NCBI GenBank assembly: GCA_963811165.1 | Contig: CAWEQH010000004.1 | Location: 608,001-672,000 of the forward strand | Source of the DNA: an uncultured Nitrospiraceae bacterium | Lineage (GTDB): Bacteria; Nitrospirota; Thermodesulfovibrionia; Thermodesulfovibrionales; UBA6898 | Length of the DNA stretch: 64,000 bases | Direction of reading: 5' to 3' | Shown: one piece after another, positions 9,089 to 20,590 of the stretch | Numbering within the stretch: the first letter of the stretch is position 1 | Layout of the letters: each line of letters begins with the position of its first letter | Notes under the pieces: model-generated | What the model saw: the letters and a program-made list of their open reading frames with translations, nothing else | Told to the model about the DNA's origin: nothing | Database searches by the model: none | Translations under genes and position numbers: made by a program

Positions 9089-10201
9089 CTACGGCTTCCA
9101 GTATTCCGCGAACTTCCCGCCCTTTGTGATCCATAGGACATACGGGGCGGAGATGACATCTCCCTTTGCATCGAATTTTATTTTTCCGGTGGCCCCGCTG
9201 AACTCCAGAGAGTGAAGTTTGTCGATGATCGCCTTGCCGTCGGCGGCATTGGCCTCCTTGATCGCAGTAATGAGAATATTTGCTGCATCGTAAGAGTAAA
9301 TAGAATAAGGGCCGATCTCTCCGAATTTGGCGTGGTAATTTTTCAGGAAGTCCTTTGCGGTGGGTATGTTGTTGGGGTCGGGACTGAAGGTCAGGTACGT
9401 GCCCTCTGCGGCCTCGGCCCCGGCGATCTCGATGAACTTACGGTCGATAGTTCCGTCACCGCTCATAAATGGCGCCCTGATCCCGAGTTCTTTCGCCTGC
9501 CTTACCAGAAGGCCCGCCTCCGGGTATATGCCGCCGAAGAAAATCAATTCCGGACTCTTTTCCCGAATCGTGGTCAGTACGCTTTTGAAGTCTTTGTCGC
9601 CCGCGACGATGCCGCCGTAGTAGACAACTTCAACGCCCCCCCCAAGGGCCTTCTTAAATTCATCGGCCAGCCCCTGACCATAGGTCGTTTTATCATGGAT
9701 TACCGCGACCCTTTTCAGTTTGAGCTGATTTTTTGCGAACTCGGCGCCCACTTTGCCCTGCTGGTCGTCCCTTCCGCAGACCCTGAAGACGCCCCTGTAT
9801 CCCCTTTCCGTGAACTGGGGGTTTGTAGAGCCCGGTGATATCATGGGGATGCCCGCCCTGTTATAGTTATCGGATGCAGGGATCGAGCAGCTCGAGTTGA
9901 AATGACCGATCACCCCGACGACACCGTCGTCAACGAGTTTGTTTGCGACCGAGACCGCCTGCTTCGGGTCGTGCTGGTCGTCGCCTACCAGTAGTTCTAT
10001 CTTTTTACCGAGTATCCCGCCCTTTGCGTTCCATTCCTCGACGGCGAGGGTGACGCCGTTTCTGAAATCCATACCCATCTTCGACTGGTCGCCCGTCATG
10101 GGGCCAGCAACGCCGATCTTTACCGTGTCGGTTTTTTTCTTGCAGGCGGTTGCGGAAAACAAAGCGGCAACAACCAGCAGCACTGCACAGATTTTCTTCA
10201 T
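9089..10201 (-). CDS. livK: Branched-chain amino acid ABC transporter substrate-binding lipoprotein (LivJ/K family)
   Basis: Own RBS (AAGAGG) before ATG 10201, lipoprotein signal MKKICAVLLVVAALFSATAC, GHFNS, FRVCGRDDQQG. Confidence 0.9.
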   Translation of the reverse strand: MKKICAVLLVVAALFSATACKKKTDTVKIGVAGPMTGDQSKMGMDFRNGVTLAVEEWNAKGGILGKKIELLVGDDQHDPKQAVSVANKLVDDGVVGVIGHFNSSCSIPASDNYNRAGIPMISPGSTNPQFTERGYRGVFRVCGRDDQQGKVGAEFAKNQLKLKRVAVIHDKTTYGQGLADEFKKALGGGVEVVYYGGIVAGDKDFKSVLTTIREKSPELIFFGGIYPEAGLLVRQAKELGIRAPFMSGDGTIDRKFIEIAGAEAAEGTYLTFSPDPNNIPTAKDFLKNYHAKFGEIGPYSIYSYDAANILITAIKEANAADGKAIIDKLHSLEFSGATGKIKFDAKGDVISAPYVLWITKGGKFAEYWKP

Positions 10202-10834
10202 CTCGCACCTCTTTATGTGTATTGTACGGCCTTCAAAATAAGAAAGGAACTGCGCGGCATTTGAAGCTACGTCGCCTTTACAGATCGCCGAAGCTACCGC
10301 CGCCGCTCCGGCGCCGGCTTTCATTATTGCCCAAATATTATCGGCATTTATCCCTCCTATTGCAATTACCGGAATGCCGACGTTCTGCGTGATCAGCTTC
10401 AGATTGTCGATCCCCCTTGGTGTGCCGGCATCTTTGGTCTTCGTCTCAAAGACAGGACCAAAGCCGATGTAATCGGCCCCTCCTGTCTCTGCCTCTTTTG
10501 CCTGCTTCAGATCATGGGTCGAGATGCCGATGATCTTTTCGCCCATTATTTTCCTGGCCTCAGCCAAAGGAAGATCGTCCTGCCCGAGATGGACGCCGTC
10601 GGCGCCGACGGCCAGGGCTATGTCGGCATGGTCGTTTATGATGAGTGTGGCGTTGAATTGGCGGGTCAGTTCCCTCAACTTCACTGCTTCTTCATAAATC
10701 TCCCGCCTTGTCCCCTCTTTCTGCCTGTACTGGATAAAACTGATCCCCGCCTTAAGGACCGCAAACACCGTCTCGTAAAGCGCTGCGCCGCAGGAACTCT
10801 TATCAGTAATAAAACAGATGCCGTTAAGATACAC
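10202..10834 (-). CDS. thiE: Thiamine-phosphate synthase (no stop codon; reads in frame into livK)
   Basis: IQYRQK, IINDHADIA, DGVHLGQDD, ADYIGFGPVFETKTK, AIGGI motifs. Confidence 0.88.
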
Positions 10835-10972
10835 CGTCGTCCCCTTATTTTCAGAATCTTATCGCCGACATGATATCGTTTATTTTACAGGATATGCATC
10901 ATGCCGACAATGCGGGGATGGACTCGTAAACCCTTTTGGGTAGATTTGAGGAAAAACCGCTATCAGCGTTTT

Positions 10973-12337
10973 CTACTTACTGACCGGAACGGACGCCGGG
11001 TTGAACTTCTCTACGAAGCTTGTGGTGAAAGTCCCGTTATAGAAGTCCGGGTCGTTAACGACCTTTTTATGGAAGGGGATCGTCGTCTTTATGCCCTCGA
11101 TGATAAATTCGTCGAGAGCCCGCTTCATCCGGGAGATAGCCTCTGCCCTGTCCTTTCCGTGTACGATCAGCTTGGCGATAAGGGAATCGTAATGCGAGGG
11201 GATGACGCAGCCGTTATACGCAGCGGTGTCGACCCGAACTCCCGGACCGCCGGGGAGGGACATGAACGTGATCTTCCCGGGACACGGGATGAACCTCTCG
11301 GGGTCCTCGGCGTTGATCCTGCATTCTATTGCATGCCCGGAGAGCTTTATCTGTGTCTGCTTCATTTCAAGGGGAAAGCCCGCCGCTATCTTGATCTGTT
11401 CCTTTACTATGTCGACGCCGCTTACATATTCAGTGACCGGATGCTCGACCTGCAGCCGTGTGTTCATCTCCATGAAATAAATGTTGCCTTCGCCGTCGAC
11501 GATGAATTCGACGGTGCCGGCATTCTTATATTTGGTCGCCTTTGCGGCCTTGACTGCGTATTCCCCGATTTTTTTCCTGAATTTTTCAGTGGCGATAGGG
11601 GAGGGCGACTCCTCGATAAGTTTTTGGTGCCTCCTCTGGATCGAGCAGTCCCTCTCGCCAAGGTGCAGTACGTCGCCCTTGGTGTCGGCGAGTATCTGGA
11701 CCTCGATATGCCTGATCTCCGGTATATATTTTTCTATGTAGAGCTCTCCGTTGCCAAAGGCGGTGAGGGCCTCTCTTTGGGCCATGAAGTATAACTTATC
11801 AAGTTCCTCTTCGGAAGATGCGACCCGCATCCCCCTGCCGCCGCCTCCCGCGGAGGCCTTGATGATGACCGGAAACCCGATTTTCTTTGCCGTCTTGAGT
11901 GCCGCCTCTTCAGAGACGACCGCGCCCTCGCTTCCCGGGACCACCGGAACTCCCCTTCGCTTCATCACCTGTCTTGCCTTTGCCTTGTCGCCGCCGAGCC
12001 TTATCGATTCAGGTGACGGACCGATGAACGTGATGCCGGAAGTCAGACATGCCTCGGCAAAATGAGGGTTTTCGGACAGGAACCCGTATCCGGGGTGGAT
12101 CGCCTCTGAGTCGGTGATCTCTGCGGACGTGAGGATGCTGGGGATATTATTATAGCTCTGCGCTGAGTTCGCAGGACCGATGCAGATGGATTCATCCGCG
12201 AATTTTGTATGGAGGGAGTCCTTGTCTACGTCGGAATAGACCGCGACCGTCTTGATCCCGAGTTCCTTGCAGGCCCTTATTATCCTGACCGCAATCTCTC
12301 CGCGGTTGGCGATGAGTATCTTCTTAAAGAGTCTCAT
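10973..12337 (-). CDS. accC: Acetyl-CoA carboxylase biotin carboxylase
   Basis: [38 protein letters not shown]. Confidence 0.97.
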   Translation of the reverse strand: MRLFKKILIANRGEIAVRIIRACKELGIKTVAVYSDVDKDSLHTKFADESICIGPANSAQSYNNIPSILTSAEITDSEAIHPGYGFLSENPHFAEACLTSGITFIGPSPESIRLGGDKAKARQVMKRRGVPVVPGSEGAVVSEEAALKTAKKIGFPVIIKASAGGGGRGMRVASSEEELDKLYFMAQREALTAFGNGELYIEKYIPEIRHIEVQILADTKGDVLHLGERDCSIQRRHQKLIEESPSPIATEKFRKKIGEYAVKAAKATKYKNAGTVEFIVDGEGNIYFMEMNTRLQVEHPVTEYVSGVDIVKEQIKIAAGFPLEMKQTQIKLSGHAIECRINAEDPERFIPCPGKITFMSLPGGPGVRVDTAAYNGCVIPSHYDSLIAKLIVHGKDRAEAISRMKRALDEFIIEGIKTTIPFHKKVVNDPDFYNGTFTTSFVEKFNPASVPVSK

Positions 12338-12768
12338 GCCGGCTCAATAAGGAAAAGGGGCTCGCCGTACTCTACCGGCTGCCCGTTTTCAACGAGGGCC
12401 TTCACCAAAATCCCGTCGGTCTCGCTCTCTATCTCGTTCATAAGCTTCATCGCCTCGATGATACAGAGCACCTGGCCTTTTTTGACCCTCTGACCCCCAT
12501 CGACAAAAGGGGGAGCGTCCGGGGAGGACGACCGGTAAAACGTGCCTACGATGGGAGAGGTGACGGTGATCAGTCTCTGTGTCTCCTCCTCGGTCTCCCT
12601 GATGATCGTCTCCTTCAGGGCAGGGGGCTTTTGGGAAGGGATCTCGAGGGAAGAAAAAATCTTTTCCCTCTTTATCTTCACTTTCGTACCGTCTTTTTCC
12701 ACCAGCAATTCGGTGATGTCGGTTTCCTTGAGAAGCTCGATCAGCCCCTTCAGGTCCTCAAGTTCCAT
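12334..12768 (-). CDS. accB: Biotin carboxyl carrier protein
   Basis: SPIVGTFY and EAMKLMN biotinylation motif. Confidence 0.97.
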   Translation of the reverse strand: MELEDLKGLIELLKETDITELLVEKDGTKVKIKREKIFSSLEIPSQKPPALKETIIRETEEETQRLITVTSPIVGTFYRSSSPDAPPFVDGGQRVKKGQVLCIIEAMKLMNEIESETDGILVKALVENGQPVEYGEPLFLIEPA

Positions 12769-13328
12769 TATTTTACCCTTTCTATGTATTCAGACGTCCT
12801 CGTGTCTACCTTGATGGTGTCTCCTTCGTTTATATGAAAAGGGACCCGGACGACCGCGCCGGTTTCAAGTGTCGCCGGCTTTCCGCCGCCGGATGCGGTA
12901 TCTCCCTTAAACCCGGGGTCGGTCTTGACGATGACGAGTTCGATAAACGTAGGCAGTTCGACATTGAGCGGCTGTCCCCTATAGTTGAGGATCTTCACCT
13001 CTGTATTTTCCTTCAGAAAAAGTTTGGCATCTCCCAGTTGGGCCTCGCTCAGCGGCACCTGCTCGAACGTCTCCTGGTCCATGAAATAATAGTGCCCGTC
13101 CTGCATGTAAAGGTACTGCATCTTTCTCTCATCGAGTTCAGGAGTGGGAAACTTTTCTCCCGACCTGATCGTTTCTTCTATCACCGCGCCGGTCTTTATG
13201 TTCTTCATCTTCGTTTTAATGACGGCGCCGCCCCTGCCCATCTTCACGTGCTGAAAATCAATGATCTCGTACGGGTCGCCCTTGTACTCCATTTTCAAGC
13301 CTTTTCTAAAATCCGATGTTGAAATCAA
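12768..13328 (-). CDS. efp: Translation elongation factor P
   Basis: [14 protein letters not shown] loop, [18 protein letters not shown]. Confidence 0.97.
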   Translation of the reverse strand: MISTSDFRKGLKMEYKGDPYEIIDFQHVKMGRGGAVIKTKMKNIKTGAVIEETIRSGEKFPTPELDERKMQYLYMQDGHYYFMDQETFEQVPLSEAQLGDAKLFLKENTEVKILNYRGQPLNVELPTFIELVIVKTDPGFKGDTASGGGKPATLETGAVVRVPFHINEGDTIKVDTRTSEYIERVK

Positions 13329-13355
13329 CTCTTATTTCCTCCTGGTGCTGATAAT

Positions 13356-14414
13356 TTACCGTATATCGAGTTCCTTGGAAAGCGTCGTCATTACCCTGCA
13401 GCTTTTGCCGCGGGCGACGACCATATCCTCTATGCGCACGCCGCCGAGACCAGGCAGATATATTCCGGGCTCGACCGTAAAGACCATGCCCGTCTTTACC
13501 GACTCCCTTCCCAATCTTGAGATGCGCGGAAGTTCATGGACGTTGAGTCCGACCCCGTGGCCCGTCCCGTGTCCGAAGAAATCCCCGTATCCTGCATCCT
13601 TTATTACATCCCTGGCGGCCTTGTCCACCATCCGTGCGGGAACGCCGTCACTTACCGCTGCGATCCCTGCAAGGTTTGCCCTAAGGACGGCCTGGTAAAT
13701 TTCCTTCTTTTTCTCAAGGTCCCGACCGTGCATCAAGAAAGTCCTCGTCATGTCCGAACAGTAGCCGCCTGCTTCTCCGCCCCAATCGACGACGACAAGG
13801 TCTCCGGACCTGATCTTGGTATCTCCCGGCTTTGCGTGAGGCATCGACGAATTCGGTCCGGCGGCAACTATTATATCAAATGGCAGGGAGACGCAACCGT
13901 TTTTTTTCAACGCTTCTTCGAGTCGCGCGGCCAGTTGGACCTCTTTTGCTCCTTCCCGTATATGCGGCCGTATTTCGGTTAAGGCTTTTTCCGCCCTCAT
14001 TACGGCCTTGCCAATCAGGTCCAACTCGGTCCGGTCCTTGACCCTGCGCAGGTCCTCCACCAGATTCGTCACCGCACGCACCCGCAGTCCTTTCCCTATT
14101 ATTGACTTATAGAAGGCATAGGAGGCGGACGACTCGAACCCGAGCGTCTTGATCCCGAGCAAACGCGCCTTCTCCAGTACCAGTTTGGGCCTTTCTTCCT
14201 TTTCGATGAAGATATCGAATCCGGCCACCTCTTTTTTTGATTGTTCTTCGTAACGGAAATCGGTGAAGAAAAGGCGATGTTTCCCTGAGATGAGAAGACA
14301 TGCCGATGACCCTGTGAAGCCGGAAAGGTACCTGATGTTCTTCAGGTCGGTGATAATAATCCCGTCGGCGCCCTTCGAACGGAGGGCATCGGTTATATCA
14401 GTGAGGCGGCTCAT
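13356..14414 (-). CDS. Xaa-Pro aminopeptidase (M24 family)
   Basis: [44 protein letters not shown]. Confidence 0.93.
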   Translation of the reverse strand: MSRLTDITDALRSKGADGIIITDLKNIRYLSGFTGSSACLLISGKHRLFFTDFRYEEQSKKEVAGFDIFIEKEERPKLVLEKARLLGIKTLGFESSASYAFYKSIIGKGLRVRAVTNLVEDLRRVKDRTELDLIGKAVMRAEKALTEIRPHIREGAKEVQLAARLEEALKKNGCVSLPFDIIVAAGPNSSMPHAKPGDTKIRSGDLVVVDWGGEAGGYCSDMTRTFLMHGRDLEKKKEIYQAVLRANLAGIAAVSDGVPARMVDKAARDVIKDAGYGDFFGHGTGHGVGLNVHELPRISRLGRESVKTGMVFTVEPGIYLPGLGGVRIEDMVVARGKSCRVMTTLSKELDIR

Positions 14415-14842
14415 TTCGAAAGGATTTTTTTTGCGGCCCTTACCGCCAGCAGGTAGCCTTCCACGCCCAGGCCGCTGATCTGGCCTGTAGCGACCCCGGA
14501 AATATAAGAGTGTTTCCGGAAGTCCTCCCGTTTGTAAATGTTTGAGATATGCACTTCTATCGTCGGTTTTCCCACCGCGGCGATCGCGTCCCGTATGGCC
14601 ACGCTCGTATGCGTGTAGGCGGCCGGATTAATGATGAGCAGATCGTATGTCTTTCCTTGGATCGCATCAACGATAGCGCCCTCGCTGTTGGATTGGAGCA
14701 CCTCGGATTCCATGCCGAGTTCGGAGCATAGCAAGCGGATCCTGCCGTCGAGGTCGCCCAGGGAGTCCGAGCCGTAAATACCCGGTTCTCTTTTGCCGAG
14801 AAGGTTTAAATTTGGTCCGTGTATTACAAGAATTTTTTTCAT
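14411..14842 (-). CDS. aroQ: Type II 3-dehydroquinate dehydratase
   Basis: [31 protein letters not shown]. Confidence 0.97.
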   Translation of the reverse strand: MKKILVIHGPNLNLLGKREPGIYGSDSLGDLDGRIRLLCSELGMESEVLQSNSEGAIVDAIQGKTYDLLIINPAAYTHTSVAIRDAIAAVGKPTIEVHISNIYKREDFRKHSYISGVATGQISGLGVEGYLLAVRAAKKILSK

Positions 14843-14940
14843 TATCAGTGATTAAGAACCGCTCAAGCCGCCTAAGACATATTCCGCCGATCGAACCGTT
14901 AGCTATAACGCGTTTGAAGCGGCCAGCAGCAAAAATGGAG

Positions 14941-15297
14941 CTAGAACTCTCCCTCGATTTTCGGGACCGCAGTTTTGAGAATGAACCGCCCTTTGCCGTA
15001 ATTGCCCTCCGGTTTGATTACAAGGGCGAGATAATAATCGTTATTTATCTTCCTCATGATAATGCCGCACCTATCGGAGATGATCGAAAATTCGCGCGCC
15101 TCGCCGAGTCCCAGATTTTCCGCTGCGAGCCCGATGTCCCGTATCATTGCGGAGGCCTCGGCCCCCAGACCGGTAAGGTCAATGAGTTTCTCCGAGACAT
15201 ATTCTTCGACGGGGATCCCGTCAGAGGCTATGATCATGGCGGAGACGGCGCCGTCGACCTTGGAGACAGTCTCTTTAAGAACTTCCGTGAAACTCAT
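14941..15297 (-). CDS. Roadblock/LC7 domain protein (MglC-like)
   Basis: IASDGIPV and GNYGKGRF motifs; start set at ATG 15297 after AAGAGG. Confidence 0.8.
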   Translation of the reverse strand: MSFTEVLKETVSKVDGAVSAMIIASDGIPVEEYVSEKLIDLTGLGAEASAMIRDIGLAAENLGLGEAREFSIISDRCGIIMRKINNDYYLALVIKPEGNYGKGRFILKTAVPKIEGEF

Positions 15298-16342
15298 CGC
15301 GCCTCTTTTGGATGCCATTCAAAAAGTCGTCTAACTTCGCTATTAATGTCTCTTTGTCTTTTCCCATGAGTTTCATAAGGGACCTCAGTTCCTCTATCCT
15401 TTGCAAAACGGCCTTGTTGTTAGGATCGGCAGAGAGCATTTTCCGGTACGCGTTCATTGCCCCGAGATAATTCCCCGCGGTGATCAGACCATCGGCGTCT
15501 TCCGGTCTCGCGCCTCCGGCAAGAGACTCAGGAGAAACGCTTTCGGCCTTTTCTTCTTCCCAGTGTGCCGCTGGTATGGGTCCCCCCGTATCTGAAGAAA
15601 CGTTCGCAGGGTGAGGGACATCGACCAAGACAGCATCGCCTACGTCTTCGAAGGAAATCTCTTCCTCCGGCGCATCGTCCTCGACAACCTCTATTGTATC
15701 CTTTTCCTCAACCTCACTGTCCGTCTCCACTACCTCTGCGGCTTCGGCAGACTTGTCCCCGAAGATCGAGTCCTTAAAGGCGTTCAGCTCTTCATCGGTA
15801 TGTTGTGGAAGCGTTATCTCGGGGACGGGCTCGACTTCTTCCGCCTCGGGTACGCTGATATCTCCGAAAGACCGTGGAGGCACTGCAGCATCAGGTTCGC
15901 CTTTCCCTTCATGTGCCGTTTCGACTTGTTTATTTTCTTCTTCATTTTCTTCCAGGTCTCTAAGGTTTGAGATCGCGTCGTCATCGAGCGCATTAAGGCT
16001 AAGCACCGCCTTATACGACCTCATCGATAATGTTTTTTCGCCGAGGTCCCGATAGATTTCGGCCAATTTCTTGTGTGCATAGAGATTGTCGGGTATGGAT
16101 TTTATCACATTTTCGAACTCGGACCGGGCCTCGTTCATCATCCCCTTCTCAAGGTATATTTTCCCGAGGGAAACCCTTGCGCTCATGTAGCCGGGTTGTC
16201 TTTCGATCCCTCCCAATAAGACGCTTATGGCCTCATCGAGCATGCCTTCTTTCTTATATTCCTCTGCAAGAGGGACAAAGAGTTTCGAGTTTGGGTCTTT
16301 ATCGACCCGTTCCTTTAATTTTTCTATATCTTTTAGTGACAT
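15275..16342 (-). CDS. Tetratricopeptide-repeat protein with acidic linker
   Basis: N-terminal TPR helices (DPNSKLFVPLAEEY), long E/D/P-rich linker, C-terminal TPR plus helix. Confidence 0.85.
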   Translation of the reverse strand: MSLKDIEKLKERVDKDPNSKLFVPLAEEYKKEGMLDEAISVLLGGIERQPGYMSARVSLGKIYLEKGMMNEARSEFENVIKSIPDNLYAHKKLAEIYRDLGEKTLSMRSYKAVLSLNALDDDAISNLRDLEENEEENKQVETAHEGKGEPDAAVPPRSFGDISVPEAEEVEPVPEITLPQHTDEELNAFKDSIFGDKSAEAAEVVETDSEVEEKDTIEVVEDDAPEEEISFEDVGDAVLVDVPHPANVSSDTGGPIPAAHWEEEKAESVSPESLAGGARPEDADGLITAGNYLGAMNAYRKMLSADPNNKAVLQRIEELRSLMKLMGKDKETLIAKLDDFLNGIQKRRDEFHGSS

Positions 16343-16379
16343 AACCCTGCCACTTTTTTATCAAATCACGCCGATAAAG

Positions 16380-17597
16380 TCAAGCTTTGATTTCAAGAAG
16401 TCTGTCGAGTATTGAATCGGCAACGCTCTCTTTGTCCATCATTTCCAGCCTCGTCTTCCCCTTTTTATCGATGATGACCACGCGGTTGGTATCTACGTCA
16501 AATCCGGCGCCGGGCTCAGTAACGTCGTTAAAGACGATCATATCCATTTTCTTGGCCTTCCTCTTCTTTTCAGCCCTGGCGACGTTGTTCCCGGTTTCCG
16601 CCGCAAAGCCGATAATAAAAGGCCTTTTGTCATACGCGCCGACCGCGGAGATGATATCTTCTGTCGGACGCACCGGAATATGCATCTCGCCCGTTTTTTC
16701 CATCTTGCTCTTCAATGTGAGGGCCGGGGAGAAATCGGCGACTGCAGCGGCCATGATAAGGACGGTTGCGTCCGCCTGTACCGCACCCTTTACCGCCTCC
16801 ATCATCTGAGCCGACGTCTCAACCCCGACGAACGTAACGGCTGCGGGTCTTGTCAGGGAAGAGGGGCCGCTTATAAGGGTCACATCGGCGCCCCTGTTTC
16901 TTGCCGCCTTTGCCAGGGCATATCCCATCTTGCCCGATGACCTGTTGGAGATGAACCTGACAGGGTCGAGATATTCACGTGTGGGTCCGGCGGTTATTAC
17001 GATTTTTTCGCCGGAAAGGTCTTTTTCCGAGAGGGCTGTCTTGACCGCTTCCAAAATCTCCACCGGTTCCGCCATCCTGCCTATCCCTTCCTCGCCGCAG
17101 GCGAGCTCTCCCCTCTCAGGACCTACCTGGATGACCCCGAGGGACAACAGTTTCTGAAGGTTTTCGCGAAAGATCCTGTTTTCGTACATCCTCCAGTTCA
17201 TGGAAGGAGCGATAAGGACCCTGCCCGGGTAGGAAAGGAAACAGGTGCTCAGGAGGTCATCGGCGATACCGTGGGCAAATTTTGCGATGATGTCGGCCGT
17301 GGCCGGTGCGATGACCATCATGTCGGCCGATGCCGGAAGCGATATATGCGCCATCGGTTCATCGAAAAGAGAGGTGTATACCTTGTTCTGTGAGGCCACC
17401 TCGAGGGAAAGCGGGGTTACGAACCGTGCGGCGGCCCCGGTCATCGCGACGACAACCGAGGCGCCTTCGTCTTTTAGTCTGCGAACAAGGTCGATAGACT
17501 TGTAAGCGGCGACTCCTCCTGTAATACCGAGCAGTATGCGCTTATTCTTCAGAATCCTCAGGTGCTTCTTCCTTTTTGTCCGAGAAGAGCTCGTCAA
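16380..17597 (-). CDS. coaBC: Bifunctional phosphopantothenoylcysteine decarboxylase/ligase; true start probably slightly downstream
   Basis: LGITGGVAAYK, PSMN, LACG, TAGPTRE, SNRSSGKMG, GFAAET. Confidence 0.95.
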   Translation of the reverse strand: MTSSSRTKRKKHLRILKNKRILLGITGGVAAYKSIDLVRRLKDEGASVVVAMTGAAARFVTPLSLEVASQNKVYTSLFDEPMAHISLPASADMMVIAPATADIIAKFAHGIADDLLSTCFLSYPGRVLIAPSMNWRMYENRIFRENLQKLLSLGVIQVGPERGELACGEEGIGRMAEPVEILEAVKTALSEKDLSGEKIVITAGPTREYLDPVRFISNRSSGKMGYALAKAARNRGADVTLISGPSSLTRPAAVTFVGVETSAQMMEAVKGAVQADATVLIMAAAVADFSPALTLKSKMEKTGEMHIPVRPTEDIISAVGAYDKRPFIIGFAAETGNNVARAEKKRKAKKMDMIVFNDVTEPGAGFDVDTNRVVIIDKKGKTRLEMMDKESVADSILDRLLEIKA

Positions 17598-17949
17598 ACG
17601 CCTTCTTGTCGATCGTCTCCCTTTCGTGCAGGTAGACCTTCAGGTCTTTTTCAAGTTCGCTGAGGTCCTCCCCGGCCGAAATCTTTCTGCTTTCTTCAAG
17701 AAGTTTTCTGTAATCGAACTTGCCGGCCTCTTCTCTGGCCTTTATCGCCTCTTCACCGGTGAGAAATTCGAGTGCGCCGCTGGCGGCTTCTTCGATCGCT
17801 ATGGATGTGACCTTCTTCGACTTGGTCTGTATCTTTGGCTTCGACCCCAAAGAGAGGTCCTTGGCCCTCTGGGAAGCGATTGCAACCAGTCTGTATTTGC
17901 CGTCGATTTTAGTGTTGTCGTACTCTACGGGCAGGGAAATGATGTCCAT
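17542..17949 (-). CDS. rpoZ: RNA polymerase omega subunit with C-terminal extension
   Basis: KYRLVAIASQRAKDL and KVTSIAIEE; lies between gmk and coaBC; RBS GAGGAAGG before ATG 17949. Confidence 0.88.
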   Translation of the reverse strand: MDIISLPVEYDNTKIDGKYRLVAIASQRAKDLSLGSKPKIQTKSKKVTSIAIEEAASGALEFLTGEEAIKAREEAGKFDYRKLLEESRKISAGEDLSELEKDLKVYLHERETIDKKAFDELFSDKKEEAPEDSEE

Positions 17950-17959
17950 TCCTTCCTCC

Positions 17960-18610
17960 TCATTCTTTAAGAAAATTACGTTTGATCCATTTCGGATCAA
18001 TCTTGCCGATACTGACCCTCTCGGCCGTGATGACTGCATCGAGTTTCTTGATCGAGTCGCTTAATACGTCATTAACTATAACATAGTCATACATTTTATC
18101 GCCCGTTATCTCGTGCATCGCTTCCTTGATTTCATCAACCGCCCTTTTAAGACGGCGGTCAATATCCGTATCTTCTTTCGCATCATTACTTTTCCGCTTC
18201 TCCAACCTGTCCCGCAGGACGTCCATGGAAGGCGGGAGGATAAAGATGAATACCCCTTCAGGGAAGGAGCCTCTGATCTGTCTGGCACCCTGTGTATCGA
18301 TATCGAGTATCACGTCGAAGCCGGAGCGCATGAGCCCCTCCAGTCTTTTCTTTGAGGTCCCATAGAGGTTGCCGTGCACCTCGGCCCATTCGGCGAACTC
18401 CCCCCTGGCTACCATTTTTCGGAATGTACTTTCGTTTACAAACGTATAATCCACCCCATCGACCTCGCCCTTTCTGGGCCGGCGGGTGGTGAAGGAAACC
18501 GACGCCCTGAGGTTCCCTTCCCTCTCAATGATTTTATTGCCTAACGTCGTCTTGCCGGCGCCCGACGGCGCGGAGATGACGAAGATGCTGCCTTTAGCCT
18601 TCTTCTGCAA
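17960..18610 (-). CDS. gmk: Guanylate kinase
   Basis: [32 protein letters not shown]. Confidence 0.97.
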   Translation of the reverse strand: MQKKAKGSIFVISAPSGAGKTTLGNKIIEREGNLRASVSFTTRRPRKGEVDGVDYTFVNESTFRKMVARGEFAEWAEVHGNLYGTSKKRLEGLMRSGFDVILDIDTQGARQIRGSFPEGVFIFILPPSMDVLRDRLEKRKSNDAKEDTDIDRRLKRAVDEIKEAMHEITGDKMYDYVIVNDVLSDSIKKLDAVITAERVSIGKIDPKWIKRNFLKE

Positions 18611-18881
18611 GGTCGGTCTTTTCCTCCAGGAACCTCTGGGTAATTGTTTCAGCCTGAAGTGCAGAGAGGATTATATGGTTGCTGTCGGTGACTATTATGG
18701 ACCTGGTGCGCCTGCCCTGCGTGGCGTCGACGAGTTTCCTGTCCTTTTTCGCCTCTTCCCTCATCCTCTTGATGGGAGCCGACCCGGGTGTCACAATCGC
18801 AACGACCTTGGACGATGCAACTACGTTTCCGAATCCGATGTTTACGAGAACGGGACTCGTATCACCTTTTTTCATGTCCAC
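18594..18881 (-). CDS. remA: RemA/DUF370 family regulator
   Basis: [24 protein letters not shown]; typical yicC-remA-gmk order. Confidence 0.92.
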   Translation of the reverse strand: MDMKKGDTSPVLVNIGFGNVVASSKVVAIVTPGSAPIKRMREEAKKDRKLVDATQGRRTRSIIVTDSNHIILSALQAETITQRFLEEKTDLAEEG

Positions 18882-18907
18882 CTCTCCTCTTTTTCCGTTT
18901 CTTGGGG

Positions 18908-19756
18908 TTACTGAATGTTTTGGACCTGTTCCCTCATTTTTTCTATCTCGGTCTTCATCCCGACGGTGAGACTCGAAACTCCGTAATCAGCCGATTTCGA
19001 AGCGATCGTATTCACTTCCCTGTTGAGTTCCTGAAGGATGAAATCGAGTTTCCTCCCTATTATACCACCGCTGGACAGTATTTCCCTGAACTGTGAGAGG
19101 TGGCTGTCTATCCGCGCGATCTCCTCCGCGATGTCGAGTTTTGCGGCAAATATCGCAGCCTCCTGGAGCATACGGCCCTCCTCGACATCTTGTCCCTCAA
19201 GGAGCTGTTTCAGTCTCTCGTTAAACTTTTCCTTCACCTCGACAAGGACCCTGCCGCACGACGCCCTGACCTTCTCGTTCATTTGGGCGAGCCCATCCGC
19301 TATCCGGTGGAGCTCCGCCGCGAGGCTGTCGCCTTCTTTCGACCTCATACCGCTCAGATCATCTAATGCCCGCGTAAAGATGCCCGTAACGACCTCAAGG
19401 TCATATTTCGGCTTTGCTTCGACGAACATCTCGTGGAGTCCTATGAACGTATTGATGTCGATCTCTCCTTTCACCGTAAGTTCCTCTTGCAGGCCCTTAA
19501 AGGCATGGTACATCTTCTTGACCGCGTCCATATTGATATTGACTTCCGCCGAACCGAGCTCGGATATCGTAAGGGTAACATCGAATTTTCCCCTCGCAAA
19601 ACGTTTTTTCATCATATTTCTAAAGGGTATTTCAAGCTGGTTCAAAGAAGACGGACAACGCATGTAGATGTCAAGGAACCTGTGGTTGACCGACCTTATC
19701 TCGACCCTGCAGCCGTCCTTCTCTGCGCTTCCGAATCCCGTCATGCTTTGAATCAT
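18908..19756 (-). CDS. yicC: YicC/YloC family endoribonuclease
   Basis: [41 protein letters not shown]. Confidence 0.95.
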   Translation of the reverse strand: MIQSMTGFGSAEKDGCRVEIRSVNHRFLDIYMRCPSSLNQLEIPFRNMMKKRFARGKFDVTLTISELGSAEVNINMDAVKKMYHAFKGLQEELTVKGEIDINTFIGLHEMFVEAKPKYDLEVVTGIFTRALDDLSGMRSKEGDSLAAELHRIADGLAQMNEKVRASCGRVLVEVKEKFNERLKQLLEGQDVEEGRMLQEAAIFAAKLDIAEEIARIDSHLSQFREILSSGGIIGRKLDFILQELNREVNTIASKSADYGVSSLTVGMKTEIEKMREQVQNIQ

Positions 19757-20014
19757 AATAGAATTAACCCCGTTATGTAATAGATTAACTAAATCATACC
19801 GATTACATTTCGGTATATCAAGCGTTTGTCCGCTGCATGCATTGTCAAGAGATGTCCGCAGCGACGGCGTAAACTATAAGACGGTCTTCCGATTTAGTCA
19901 AGTCAGCGGTGGAGGCATGTTGCCATTAAATCTTTAAATATATCAATAACTTTATTGAAAAATATTTTAAAAATCGATTACTATTGAAGTCCATTTTATT
20001 ATCCGGAGGAGATT

Positions 20015-20590
20015 ATGGCTGAAATGACAGAGATCAGATGGCATGGTCGCGGCGGACAGGGAACAGTTACCGCGGCAAAGGTGCTCGCGGACGCCTGCTT
20101 AAGCGGCGGCAGACATGTACAGGCCTTTCCCGAATACGGACCCGAGAGGGCCGGTGCACCGCTGAGGGCCTATAACCGAATAAGTTCGAAGGAACTCAGG
20201 ATGCATTGTCCGGTCCTGAGCCCGGACGTCGTGAGTGTTGTCGATGCGACCCTTCTTGACAGCATCAATATTGCCGAAGGATCAAAGGAAGACACTGTCT
20301 ATATCATAAATACGACGAAAGACCCGAAAGAGGTAAGGCAAAAACTCGGCGTGGGCCAGAAACAAAAAGTATACACCGTCGATGCGACGAAGATCGCGAT
20401 CGACTGTTTCGGAAGGGCTATGCCCAATTCCCCTATGCTCGGAGCGCTCTGCAAGGTGACGGGCCTGATCACTCTCGAACATCTCCTTGAGGATGTCAGG
20501 AAGAGTTTCGGCAAGAAATTCGCACAGAAGGTCATAGACGGTAACCTCGATGCGACGAAGAGAGGGTACGAGGAGGTAAAAGAAGGATGA
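20015..20590 (+). CDS. porC: Pyruvate/2-oxoacid:ferredoxin oxidoreductase gamma subunit
   Basis: EIRWHGRGGQG, PEYGPERAGAP. Confidence 0.93.
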   Translation: MAEMTEIRWHGRGGQGTVTAAKVLADACLSGGRHVQAFPEYGPERAGAPLRAYNRISSKELRMHCPVLSPDVVSVVDATLLDSINIAEGSKEDTVYIINTTKDPKEVRQKLGVGQKQKVYTVDATKIAIDCFGRAMPNSPMLGALCKVTGLITLEHLLEDVRKSFGKKFAQKVIDGNLDATKRGYEEVKEG

